This document shows positions 12,171 through 24,169 of a stretch of 64,000 bases of DNA, piece after piece; the stretch's first letter is position 1; the number at the start of each line of letters is the position of its first letter. The notes under the pieces were generated by a model. That model saw only the letters and a list, made by a program, of their open reading frames with translations, ran no database searches and had not been told where the DNA came from. The DNA comes from Octopus bimaculoides (Eukaryota): assembly GCF_001194135.2 (NCBI RefSeq), contig NC_068981.1, forward strand, positions 119,988,386-120,052,385, written 5' to 3'. The translations under genes were made by a program, and so were the position numbers.

Positions 12171-13875
12171 CAGGCATACCTCACCCTGATTCCAGGAGAC
12201 ACGACTTAAGTTGAATTAACTTGTCTCCAGGCTAAACCGATAAGAACCATTTCCAGTTCTGTACTTTATTTACGAATGCATTTTTAATAATACACAGTTA
12301 AAAAAACCTCTTTTAAGCTTACAAACAAATAATTTTTATTTTTTAATACAGTACAGTAAAAGAAAAAAGTAATCTAAATTTACGAATACAATTTGGCAGA
12401 CACTTTATTTATTCCTTAACATAAATATTCTATATACAGCACTAATGTACTATTATAATAATTATGCACATAACTCAAAATCCTGATGTGTTACAGCAAT
12501 TCTGATGTATTACAGCAATTCAGATTTGGAATCGGCATACTTGATTTAGTTTGGTACAGCACTATTTGTCTGGGTAGTATGAATGTGGTTTGCAATAATA
12601 CATGGTAAAATAATAGCCTTTTTTTAAGCTCAAAAAACAAATTCAGTAATTATTATTATTCTGCAATAATAAAAAAAAATTAATTATTTTAAATTTACAA
12701 ATACGTACATACAATTTGTTGGTTTACATCACAGATGTAGATGGTTGTGGATTGTCAACATCAACAGCTGACTCTGGCTGTTCTTGTTCGATGCACTTAA
12801 AAAACGAGTTGAAAGTTCCTTGAACTGTCTTCTTCTTTTCTTCAAGGATTACATTATAAGGAGCAAAAGCTTTGTGACAAGCCCCATATTCTTGGAAAAG
12901 TGTTGAGCCTTTGAATCCATATCCTCAAACATAGAAAGACCTTTTTCAATATATGCAAATGCTTGCTGCATTTTCTTAATGGTAAAGTGACGTGGTTCAG
13001 ATTTGACTTCCTCTTCTTTATTTTGCTGGTTGTGAAGCTCTATCAAATCCTCGTTTGTCAGGGGCTGTTTGTCTTTTTCAAATAAATCTGTGAAATCCTC
13101 CTCCTCCAAATATATTTCCATTTCTTTGCTTGTAGTCACCAATGTTTTGTTGATGGCAACATTATCAAACCCCTTAAAATCATTCACGAATTGCAAGCAT
13201 AGCTTCTTCCATACACCATTCATAGCCGTGCTTTGTACATTCCATACTGCTGCTATGTTTTGTACAGCCTTGTAGATATCGTATCTCTTCCAAAAGTTAT
13301 GAAGTGTGGTGGATTCATCAAGATCAGTTGCAGCTTTTGCTTGCCACAGTGTATGCTTCATATAGTAATGCTTGAAGATAGCAATTATTTCACTATGAAT
13401 TTTCTTAGGAGCCATGGGAGCAAAAAATAAAGTCACAAATAAATGAGAATAAGAAAGTAGCCGATAAATAGACGTAAACAAATCTGAATTCAAAACAATC
13501 ATGGGAATCACGAGTGACAACGACGCCTAACGGTAGCTATTGGAACTACAGTGCAATAAGAGCTCCGAAAGACCAATAAATAATACAACACTGCTGATTT
13601 CATGATTTTGTTCACTAAGCTACATTACTTTATGGTATGTCTCTTAACATTTACTGTACGTATTTTAATATGATTTTATATGCTTTTATTCTTATTTATT
13701 GCACAATAAAATGATTTTATGTGCTTTTAACGGTTTTCTAGTGATTTTATGATTCCAATATTTGTGGGGGACAGACTTAGTCGAGTAAAATGACTTTAAC
13801 TTGATTTTTATTTTTCTATATATTATTTTTGAAAACCAATGTATATTCAAGAATGACTTAAGCTGAGGTATACCT
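12171..13875 (-). mobile_element. Tigger/pogo element, internally deleted
   Basis: TA-caggcatacctca TIR at 12171 and tgaggtatacct-ta at the right end. MAPKK start (ATG at 13415) is fused directly to C-terminal IAIFKHYY..FWK.YDI..AMNGVWKKLC..PLTNEDL..AFAYIEKGL. Confidence 0.9.
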
Positions 13876-14145
13876 TAGGTTTTCAACATACAAGTATGTT
13901 TTTCCATGTATTGAACTTGAAAAATGTTTTCGCAATAGTTTAACAATAATGGTAATGTAGAATTTGGTTAAGTCTCCACTAGATGGTCAATAGTTCCAAC
14001 AAGATTAATTCTATCACTTGTGCTGTTATGTCCACAGCCAAGATGCTTAACTCTTCTTAAGCCAGTCTATGTAGCTTGAAAATATGTTGTCTCCTAACAG
14101 GTTGGCTTGCTCTTCATACATAGTGTGAACATAAAATACATTACT

Positions 14146-14466
14146 AGGTGCGGGTGTGGTTGTATGGTAAGAAGCTTGCTTCACAACCACATGGTTCTGG
14201 GTTCAGTCTATAGCCTCGGGCCAGCCAAAGCCTTGTGAATGGATTTGATAAACAGAAACTGAAAGAAGCCTGTTGTGTATATATATATATGTTTGTATCT
14301 GTATTTGTTCCCCCGTCATTGCTTGACAACTGGTGTTGGTGTGTTTACATCCCTATAGATCCAATAGAATAAGTACTAGGATTACAAAGAATAATTTCTT
14401 TGACTAAAGCCCAATAAGGTGGTACTCCAGCATGGCCACCATCAAATGACTGAAACAAGTAAAAGG
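14146..14466 (+). mobile_element. tRNA-derived SINE, family A
   Basis: Same head, body and tail as 4855. Confidence 0.85.
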
Positions 14467-14940
14467 ATACGAATTCAGCTGTTAATTCAACTAAAAAAGG
14501 TTAATGTTAACCACTGTACAAAAGCTAAATTCTAGTAACATATTTTTTCTTGTTATTTTAAAATAAAATAAGAGCACAAACCTCTGCCAAAGCAACACTA
14601 ACATCCTCTCAACAATTAATCAGAGATGATTTTTAAAATGAGAATACTAAAAATGAACCCAACCACTCTCAAAAATTAAGTAAAAAAAAAACCCAGAAAA
14701 ATAATAAAAATTCCTTGTCCAGTACCTGATTGATCCCAAAATCTAATCACTTTGTGCCAGTCACAAGGCCAGACATCCCTGAAAGTTTTATTCAAATCCA
14801 TCCAGTGGTTCTTGAGATATCTTGTCCACGGACAAACAAACAAACACGACTGAAAGCACACCTCTGCCTTCGTTAAGGCAAAGGTAATTATGATGAGCAG
14901 AAGATTTTTTATATAGGGTTTTATGCCTTGTCAGCAGTAT

Positions 14941-15165
14941 TAACACTTTAGCATTCAGATTACTTTGTCAAATGTAATGCTTATTTATTCATGTTGTTTT
15001 GAATTAATCATGCATTATCTTGTAGCTGTGAGATTTCAGTGATGTGATTGTTTATTTTAAGAATGACATTGTAGGGTATGTGTGAGAGACCAGGTTTGTC
15101 TGGTTTGAACATTAAGCAGATAGAATATTTGGGCTGGATGTAGCCAGTTTAAATGCTAAAGAGTT
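14941..15165. mobile_element. piggyBac-like MITE
   Basis: ttaacactttagcattc...aaatgctaaagagttga. Confidence 0.7.
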
Positions 15166-16329
15166 GAGAAAATAATGTCAACTACTAAAAGTTTATGCTA
15201 TGTGAATTTTGTGATTTAGTTTCAATTCTTGATCAAAGTTATTTCAATTTCTGCCAATAACAACCATCAATGCATATGTATCACAGCAATTATAAATTTG
15301 TGGCCTTGTTCTTATATGGAAAGACGTTAATGTTATATTGTTGAAATAGAGCAAAACAATGGTATCAGATTAAATAATAGTGTCATTGTAACTGTAAACT
15401 CTATAATCTGATTGCAAATTCTGCTGGAAGTACCAGTACTGAAGTCATTTAATTGACAGTAAATCTGTTATATGACAAATATACCTCTCCATGGTAATTG
15501 AACTTGCTGGAAATAACACTCAAACTACAGTAGATAATGTAGTCTAAGTATGCTTTTTCTGAAAATAGGACAGGTTGACCTCGGCTTAAAGACTTTCTTC
15601 ATGGGCCTACTCATTTGTAATACTGACTTAATGCAGCATTTGAGCTACAAAGAGAAACAATGTTTCATTCCAGCCATTTACATCTTTAGTTCAAATCCCA
15701 GATGGATCTAACTTTGCATTTAAATCCTCAAATGTCTATAATATAACTACCAGTACATATCGGTCAATTTAACCATCTCCATTCTTCTTCGAATGTGGAT
15801 GGAACTTTGTTAGCAAGACAAGAAATAACACACCAGAAGTAATCTCTACTATATACATACACATCACATTTTATGGTTTCATATTTTGGCACAAGGCCAG
15901 CAATTTGAGGGGAGGTGTTAATTGCTCAACTAGTACTTATTTTATCAACCTCAAAATGATGAAAGATAAAAGTCAGCCTCAGTGGATTTTGAGCTCAGAA
16001 CATTAACAAACAAAAGTATTTTGTCTGATATACAAACAGTTCTGCCATCTTGCTGCCTTTAATACACATCACAGTCACCATCATCAATTTAACATCCACT
16101 TTTCCATGCTTGCTTGAGTTGGATAGAATTTGTTGAAGTGGTTTTGCTACAGCCAGATGCCCTTTCTGTCACCAACCCTCTCATGTTTCCAAGAATAGTA
16201 ATATGTCTCCATGGCCTGATATATTTTCACAGAAGATTGAAAATGAAGGTGACATTCGATTACAACTATCACATGATGTCAAGGCAAAGAGACCATAAAA
16301 CACACACTGGTGCCTTGCTGTACTCAAGA

Positions 16330-16572
16330 AGACCCATCCTCCACAGCAGAAGTGTTAAAGCTGCATTCCCTGGTGAAGAGGATAGGCCTGCAAGAGTCCT
16401 GTGCTGGTGCCATGTTAAAAACACTCAGCACACTCTGAGTGGTTGACATTAGGAAGAGCATCCAGCTGTAGAAACAAAACCAAATCAGACTGGAACCTGG
16501 TGCAGCTTGCCAGCTCTTGTCAAACCATCCAACCCATACCAGCATAGAAAATGGACATTAAAAGATGGTTAT
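16330..16572 (+). mobile_element. RTE LINE 3' UTR fragment
   Basis: ggaagagcatccagctgtagaaac...catagaaaatggacattaaaagatgg matches the RTE 3' end. Confidence 0.7.
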
Positions 16573-17439
16573 GAAGGACTTCTTTCAGTTTCTATCCACC
16601 AAATCCACTCATGGCTATAGCAGATGATACTTTTTCAAGATGCTATGCAGTGGGACTGAACTTGGAACCATGTTCATGTGAAACAAAGCCACACCTTCAT
16701 TACTTGTATGGTTTAGAAATAGACAAGTTTCCCTGGTCCTCCTGTATTTTTATTTTACCCAACTTGAGCAAATGTTTTCTACAACTTCAGGTTGGCCATC
16801 AGAAATTTGCCTGAGGCAAACTATGGAAACATTCATATTTGTCGTACACATTCACACACATATATAGACTCTGGCATGGCTTTGTGTTTAAGAAGCTTGC
16901 TTCCCAACCGTGTGGTCTCAGGTTCAGTCTCACTGTGCAGCACCTTGGACAGTTATCTTCTATCATAGTTTTGCACCAATCAAAGCCTAGTGAGTGGATT
17001 TGATAGTCAAAAACTGAAAGAAGCCTGACATGTATGTATAGATATACATGTATTTATGCATGTGTGTGTTTGTGTTTACTCTTGCCTTAACTTCACATGA
17101 TAGTTGTAAACAAGTGCACTGTCAAGCAAGCAGTGTTCTTTGTTCCCTATGTCTGGCCATGGAAATTATAAGTTCAGTATGCTCCAGAATTGTCAAAGAC
17201 ATGCTTCAATTTTTCTAAAATAAAAATAGATAAAATAATGATGAATACACACATGAATAATAATAACATAGCATAAATAAATTGTCAAATATTTTAGTGT
17301 ATGACTTTTGATTCACCCTGTGTGAGTGTGTGTGTGTGTATATATATATCCCACAATTAGGAAATGGAGTAGATAAAATGCAAGCTACAAATGTTTCATA
17401 GCTAGCAGACCTTGGAAGTAGTAATTACCCAAATGATCC

Positions 17440-18096
17440 TTGGATCTTACCTTTAGATATATATGTAACCCACCTAATAGATCTAGTAAATATATACATA
17501 TAAATAGCTACAAAGGAGATGTAAACTGCAATGAAAAGCACCAAATACAGCCAAATTGTGATAGTAGAAATGACTACTATGATATAGCTAATACAGTAAC
17601 AACATCGGAAAATGAAGTCAGTACTACCATATACACAAATAAGTATAATAAATGCTCCTGCAGAAAAAAATCAAAATGCCCCTTGATGAACTTTTGTATG
17701 AGTACAAATCTTGTATATAAATGTACCGTGTACACAAGGGGAGGACCATATGTTTACATTGGGCAAATGGCTGATTCATTTAAGAATTGTTATCACAACC
17801 ATGTCACCAGCTTCAAGAGAATCAATAAGTGACATTCAACATCTTTGGCTGATTTTGTGTGGCGACTGAAAGGAGATAAAATTAAGTATGACACAAGTCA
17901 TACTTAATTGTCCATAGTAAGGCACGCAAAACTATACAATATCATTTCCAGGAGATACCAACTCTGCTCCGAGGAATTCCTGTTTATTCTGTGGACCAAT
18001 AAGAAAATCATTAATAGAATTTCTGAAAGACTCTCAAGATGCCCACATGCATATGAATGTACTTTCACACAATGCAGTGGAAATGAATCTGAGTAA
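17440..18096 (+). mobile_element. Penelope-like (Naiad-type) GIY-YIG endonuclease remnant with two in-frame stops
   Basis: One frame: CSCRKKSKCPLMNFC..LVYKC..YVYIGQ..FKN.YHNH..SF..*HSTSLADFVW..*LSIVRHAKLY..LCSEE..INRISERLSRCPH. CxCx5Cx5C linker; stops at 17830 (TGA) and 17905 (TAA). Confidence 0.8.
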
Positions 18097-19204
18097 CTGT
18101 TAACATAATATTCTTTAAGGTATGGATGAATTAAGTTTAGCTTTAACCTTGCCATTCTTATAAACACCAAGTAGCTATTTAATATGCTATGTGAATGTGT
18201 GTGCATATGCTTACATTATCGTGGATCTTGTATGCATGTGCCATGCAGCTTGCGCGAGGGTGTTATTCATCCATATCTGTTAACGGTTATTTTTAATACT
18301 TTTCTTGCTGTATTGCATATTCCTTTTTTGCATCTGTTATTTTATTTTTGATCTTATATAAATGAAGATATATCCTTTGTTTTGCTGCTTTTCTTCACAC
18401 GAAATGAGAAAATACATTGCAGAACTGTTATTTTAATGAGTTATATCTATTTATCACTCAAAGAGACACATCTGTACCATCAGATGCTCCTGAACCAGTT
18501 GTTAAGTATCTTGGCCACTAGGGATTGATGCTAGATGTGTTGAGACAATTGTCGTGCTTAATAAAAATTTGTGTATCTTCCGTCTACCATATATATATCT
18601 TTATATGTGCACACACACACATATGAATGTATGTGTATGTGTATATATATACATAGATGAGCGTCTTCACATTGACACTGCTTGGGTGATAGTAATGTCT
18701 GTCCCACAATGCAGATGTTCAACATACAATGATCAGAAGAATAAAGTATTTGAAAACAGATAAGGACTGGCATCAGGAAGTGCAACCAGTGACAGAATGC
18801 TGCCTCAAAGAAGTCTTTAGCAACTCATGATAACATAAAGAAAGTGGACACAGAAACAATGTTGATGGATACAACAGTTGATTTTTCACTTGTTTTACAT
18901 TATGAAGACCAACTACAAATAATGAAATTAGGAATTAAATGTTATTACTGGGACAGAAGCAAATCTATAACCCATTCTTTAGTTGTTACGTGATCTAAGA
19001 AACAGAGTAATTATAAACATAACTAACTCACCTTAAAACATAGCTTTCAGTGAGTCAAGAAAGAAGCCTTTCTATCTGATCACTTTGGCCACAAGAAATA
19101 GCAGCAACTCAACCCATTACCACACATCTTTAATTCCATTTTTTTTTTTCTGTTTCATCATCATCATCTTTGTTTTGCCATTCGTTTGACATGGTTGGTA
19201 AAAC

Positions 19205-19608
19205 GTGAAGATCCCCTTCAGTTATGAATGACCATGAGACTGCACCTAGAAAGTTCCCCTCTGAAGCAAGGTTGTTTATGGAAGACCAGCAGTCACCCAT
19301 GCATACCAACCTCCCCTCTCCATGCCACCAATGTCATCCAAAGGAAAGGCAAAAGCTGATACAACTTGGCACCAGTNNNNNNNNNNACCTCCCCTCTCCA
19401 TGCCACCAATGTCATCCAAAGGAAAGGCAAAAGCTGATACAACTTGGCACCAGTGACATTGCAACTCATTTCTACAGCTGAGTGAACTGGAGCAACGGAA
19501 AATAAAGTGTCTTGCTCAAGAACACAACACACAGCCCAGTCCGGAAATCAAACTTACTACCTCATGATTGTGAGCCCAACACTCTAACCACTGAGCTATG
19601 CACCTTCA
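19205..19608 (-). mobile_element. tRNA-derived SINE, family C (contains a 10-N gap)
   Basis: Reverse complement of the 30327 copy (gtgtcttgctcaagaacac; ctaaccactgagctatgcaccttc). Confidence 0.8.
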
Positions 19609-19626
19609 CTGGTTGGTACAATATTG

Positions 19627-19842
19627 GTTTCAAATTTCAGCACAAGACCAACATTTTGTGGGGAGGGACTGGGTTGATTACATTGGCCCCAGCGCTCAAC
19701 TGGTACTTATTTTATTGACCTCAAATGGATGAAAGGCAAAGTCAACCTCAGTAGAATTTGAACTCAGAACATAACAATGGACGACATGTCGCTAAGCATT
19801 TTGCCTGGCATGCTAACTATTCTGCCAGCTCACTGCCCCATT
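19627..19842 (-). mobile_element. tRNA-derived SINE, family B, with TSD
   Basis: TSD gttggtacaatattg (19612-19626) / gttggtatgatattg (19843-19857). Confidence 0.85.
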
Positions 19843-20144
19843 GTTGGTATGATATTGACACTAATTTTTACAACTATCACATGATGTCAATATAAGGAAG
19901 CACAAACACACACACACATGTACAACAGACTTCTTTCAGTTTCCATTTATCAAATCCACTCACAAAGTTTTGGTCATCCTGGAGCTATAGTAGAAGACAA
20001 ATACTCAGTGTGTCATGCACAGGGACCAAACTCAAAACCATGTAATAAGAAACAAACTTCTTAACTACTCAGCCATGCAAGCAGCTGGCATAATTGTGTC
20101 CAAATTTCATGAATTTTTAATTTCATAATGGAGTAACTCCTTTG

Positions 20145-20346
20145 CATTTAAACCAGTCATATCAGCCCCAAATATTCTTCCTGTATCACGTTCAAATTGA
20201 CTGGATCCGGCCTTTTACACCTACCCTACAATGTCATTCTAAAAATATACACTCACATCATTGAAATCTCAAAGCTATGAGATAATGCATGTTTAATTCA
20301 AAATAATGTAAATCAACAAGCCTTTCATTTGAATGCTAAAGAGTTA
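20145..20346. mobile_element. piggyBac-like MITE (reverse orientation)
   Basis: taactcctttgcatttaaacc...ttgaatgctaaagagttaa. Confidence 0.7.
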
Positions 20347-21044
20347 AGCAATTCATAAAACTGTCTTTGAAAAATCTAAAAATGCTAAATCCATCTGATG
20401 CTGCCAAAGAAATGATTGAAACATTTTGCCTTAACCAAGTCCTTAATTAAGCTAAATTCCAGGTTGAGAAGTCCTTTTCTTCATAAGGTCTACCTTACTA
20501 CAGACAAATGCCAGGATTTCTCTACCTTAGGGAATAACTGATACATATATAATAAAATGCATATAGAATTAAACTTGTTTGCATATTATTAATTTATATA
20601 TCATTATTTTTTGCAGAACCCTACAGTTCCAAGGAATCTTGCTCAATGTGATCACTCCACCAGCTAGAAATAGCCAGACTTCTCTTAAAGCAGACCTTAC
20701 CATCTTAAAAAATGGGAAGCACGTTGCATCATGTAGTCTTACATACATTATCTGAAAAATAAGGGGGGATAATAATGACTGGAATGTTTTTGATTAAAGC
20801 TGGTATGAGGTTAATTAAACAAGTAATTAACAGCAACGTACTGATCTTTTACTTGTTTCAGTCATTGAATTGCAAGCATACTGGGACATTGCCTTGAAAG
20901 GTTTATTCGAGCTAAGCCCAGTGATTATGTTGCTAAGTTAAATACTGGAGTCTCTTTTTGCCGAACCCCTAAGTTACACGGATGTCATAAACAAACCAAT
21001 ACTCATTGGCAAGCATTGATGGAGCACAGACACACACACAAAAT

Positions 21045-21240
21045 TCAATACCTGAGATATGCTTTCAGCTTCATACTTGTTATTACTAGAGCAACAGGAT
21101 ACATATCAACCCCTTCTGAACTTGGTATCTTGAGGAGAGAATGCAAATCCTTAATTTATATGCTACAAATGATCATGATATCTGGGACTATAAAAATTTC
21201 CAAGAGTTTCTTTGGATTTAAACAATAATGGTTAAAAGAA
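21045..21240 (+). mobile_element. R4/Dong-like (restriction-like endonuclease) LINE 3' fragment, copy 1
   Basis: FSFILVITRATGY..ELGILRRECKSLIYMLQMIMISGTIKISKSF resembles the R4-type C-terminus F.PIIIGA.G..LG...E...L...LQ...I.GT.KI.K.F. Confidence 0.55.
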
Positions 21241-21279
21241 GATACTTTCCTTCACAACCTCATTACCAAGTAGGTGGCC

Positions 21280-21800
21280 AGTCAGAATTTATTCTAAAAT
21301 TAAAAGGAGAACAAACAAATGTGTGTACTACAAATTTGTTGGATCTTACAAAACATTTGAATGGTAGTATTGAAGGCATATCTTGGAATTTTTCTGTTGA
21401 CAGTTTTGTATGTTGATTATGAATTTTCAGGTACCTTGTCTATGATTTCTCATTTTTATCTATTATCATAAGTGCATTAGTTTGTGTACCAACAAATTTG
21501 CACAGAAACCTAGAAACATTTGGTTTTACAGAAAAAGAGCAAAAGAAACTGATGTGGATTCTTCAAATCCTATCTATTAGTGGCACCATGAAGATTTGCA
21601 AGACATTCCAGAAATTCATGTGTGATCCTGATGTGAATATATGCACACACTTGAGTGTATGCATCAACAGTTCAATCAACACTCCAACTCAACCACATAT
21701 TTACAAATACCAGGAGCTCTCTTAACTCAAAGAGTCTTGTTACGTTGTTAGCAACCAGCTTGAAATATCGCAAGAACTTAAATCAAATTCAAAGAAAAAT
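21280..21800 (+). mobile_element. R4/Dong-like LINE 3' fragment, copy 2
   Basis: FSFLSIIISALVCVPTNLHRNLETFGFTEKEQKKLMWILQILSISGTMKICKTFQKF, followed by UTR-like sequence ending at (CATA)n. Confidence 0.6.
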
Positions 21801-21954
21801 CATTTGTTCATTTGTACATACATACATACGTACATACCTACATACATACAACTGGCTTCTTTCAGTTTCCATCTACCAAATCAACTCTCAAGCTTGGGGC
21901 TATAGTTGAACACATTTGCTCAAGGTACCAAGCAGAAGGACTGAACTTGGAAGC

Positions 21955-23449
21955 ATGTGGTTGGGAGGCAAACTTACCACACAGCTTTGCCTGCACCTGA
22001 TGCTTTTTAAGAAAAAAAAACAACAACTTGTTTTTGTATCATTTTATCAGAAGATGAAGGACAGCAGCATAAATGACTCCTGTTCTGTTGACATGATCTA
22101 ACAGTATTCAGTGACAACGTAAGTGTGGTAAAACCAGAGATGCTTTAGTTGGCCAGGGTTGATAGACACTACACAACGTCCAGGTTTGTCTGTGCCATTG
22201 ATTATAGTGAAACGGATGACTTCTTTAGACATGAGAAACACTCTTTCTTTGTTTCTCTCCTTTCCTCTGCCTCTCTCTATTTATTTCTTTTACACACATA
22301 AACACATTAATGAAAGAAAAAATATCAGTTTTCAAACGAGGCAAGGTATGTTTGATTATCAATAACTAACCAATACAAGCTAGCTTGTTGAATAGAAAAG
22401 CAAATAAAAATTGATTTTAAGTTGGGGAGGTTTGGTAATATTAATAATTAACCAAACTAACTTTGGCACAGCGCCACAGATTTGTAAAAACAAAGAGGTA
22501 TAAATCAATTGTATTGACACCAGGCGAATGATGAGCAATGCAAAGGGACATAACTAATTACTGCAAAGCATTTAGCTTACCTCTCTACCGCTTGTCTTTC
22601 TATTGCAGTAAATAAAGTAGAATAAATTTTAATAATTACATAACCCAATGACATCATGTTTTTTGAATAAATATTGTATAAGTGGGATATGCTTTGCTGC
22701 TAATCATTCTCATGTAAGTCTTGAATTGGGTAGGGCCCATCATCATCATCATCATCATTATACTCATCATTTTATATTCACTTCCAGCTGACAGAGGTTG
22801 GATGGGTTTTCATGGTTCAAGCAGTTCTTGTTTGGGATTACTGCCCTCCAAGGCATGACCAAGAGACCAAATCTCATTCAACTGTTTTCATTTTAGTATA
22901 GTTTCTATGGTTGGATACTCTTTCTTACACTAAGCCTTTTATCTAATGAACTGGGCGCATTTACTTATAGTATGTGGTTGGGAGGCAAACTTACCACACA
23001 GCTTTGCCTGCACCTGATGCGTTTTAGAAAAAAAAAAAAAATTTTTGTATAATTTTATCAGAAGATGAAGTACAGCAACATAAATGACTCCTGATTTGTT
23101 GATATAATCTAACAGTATTCAGTGACAGCTGGCCAGGAATGATAAAAACTACACAACTTCCAGGTTTTTCTGTGTCATTGATTACAGTGGAACAGGTGAC
23201 TTTTTTAGACTTGCAAAACTCTCTTTTTTTATTTCTCTCTTTTCCTCTACCTTTCTCTATTTATTTTTTTCACTCACATAAATACATTAATGAAAGAAAA
23301 TGATATCAGTTTTCAAACGAGGCAAGGTATGTTTGATTATCAATAACTAACCAATATAAGCCAGCTTGTTGAATAGAAAAGCAAATAAAAATTGATTTTA
23401 AGTTGGGTAGGTTTGGTAATATTAATAATTAACCAAACTAACTTTGGCA
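21955..23449. repeat. Local direct duplication (21955-22468 and 22972-23449)
   Basis: Two colinear, highly similar copies of about 0.5 kb, 0.5 kb apart; both start inside a SINE A head. Confidence 0.9.
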
Positions 23450-24169
23450 TAAATATGTAGTATGAGCACTAGCTAGGTTGTGATATCCTCAACAAAATAA
23501 GATTAAAGGGTCCTCCCAACCCTATGATGTCTTGATACATCTGTCAGCCATTTGAAAACTAAAGTTTTTGAGGGCCACTTGAAAACTGATTTTTATGACA
23601 TTCAGTAAAGTGGTTGACATTAGGAAGGGCATCTCCTTGCTGGCCCTTTTACCTACAAGCATTTAGGATTTTTAACATAAATAGACCATAATGCATATTG
23701 AACCTCCCTTATTTCAGATGTAACCAAGATGGGAGGATCAATATGCATTATGCTCTATTTATGTGAAAAACCCTGAATATTAAATTTCACTCTTAATTCA
23801 CCTGAAGAAAACTTTTTTATTTTGAATGATTTAATTGTTTTGTTCATCAACAAAGAACATCTCTGAAACAGGAGTAGGGAACTTCAACCCATCTGTGTTA
23901 TTGTTTTTATATAGTGTGTGTGTGTGTTAAATGTGCAAAAACAAAAGGCAGAGACATGTGAAATTATAAGGTGTATAGTTTGACACTCTGTAAAAAGTCT
24001 TTGACATTTCAAGCCTATACTCTTCAACAGAAAGGAATGAGGAAAGAAAATAGAGAACATATTTATATATATTTTTCATACATTTCACCAAACTTGAAGG
24101 GAGATCAGTTCAGTAGGCTTTCTCCATCATTGCTTATCACCAGTCAGCACAGTCACCTGTCATCACCTT

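Noticed and set aside
17830-17832. In-frame TGA in the Naiad-type ORF as possible selenocysteine
   Set aside because: It does not align with a conserved Cys, a TAA stop follows in the same frame, and no SECIS is visible; more likely CGA-to-TGA decay.
19309-19454. Identical 68-bp direct repeats around 10 N
   Set aside because: Contig-overlap artefact: perfect identity, spans a gap, and the sister SINE copy has one unit.
21228-21600. Myosin-motor-like resemblance (FGFTEKEQ..IL)
   Set aside because: No P-loop or switch motifs; better explained by the R4-like C-terminus present twice.
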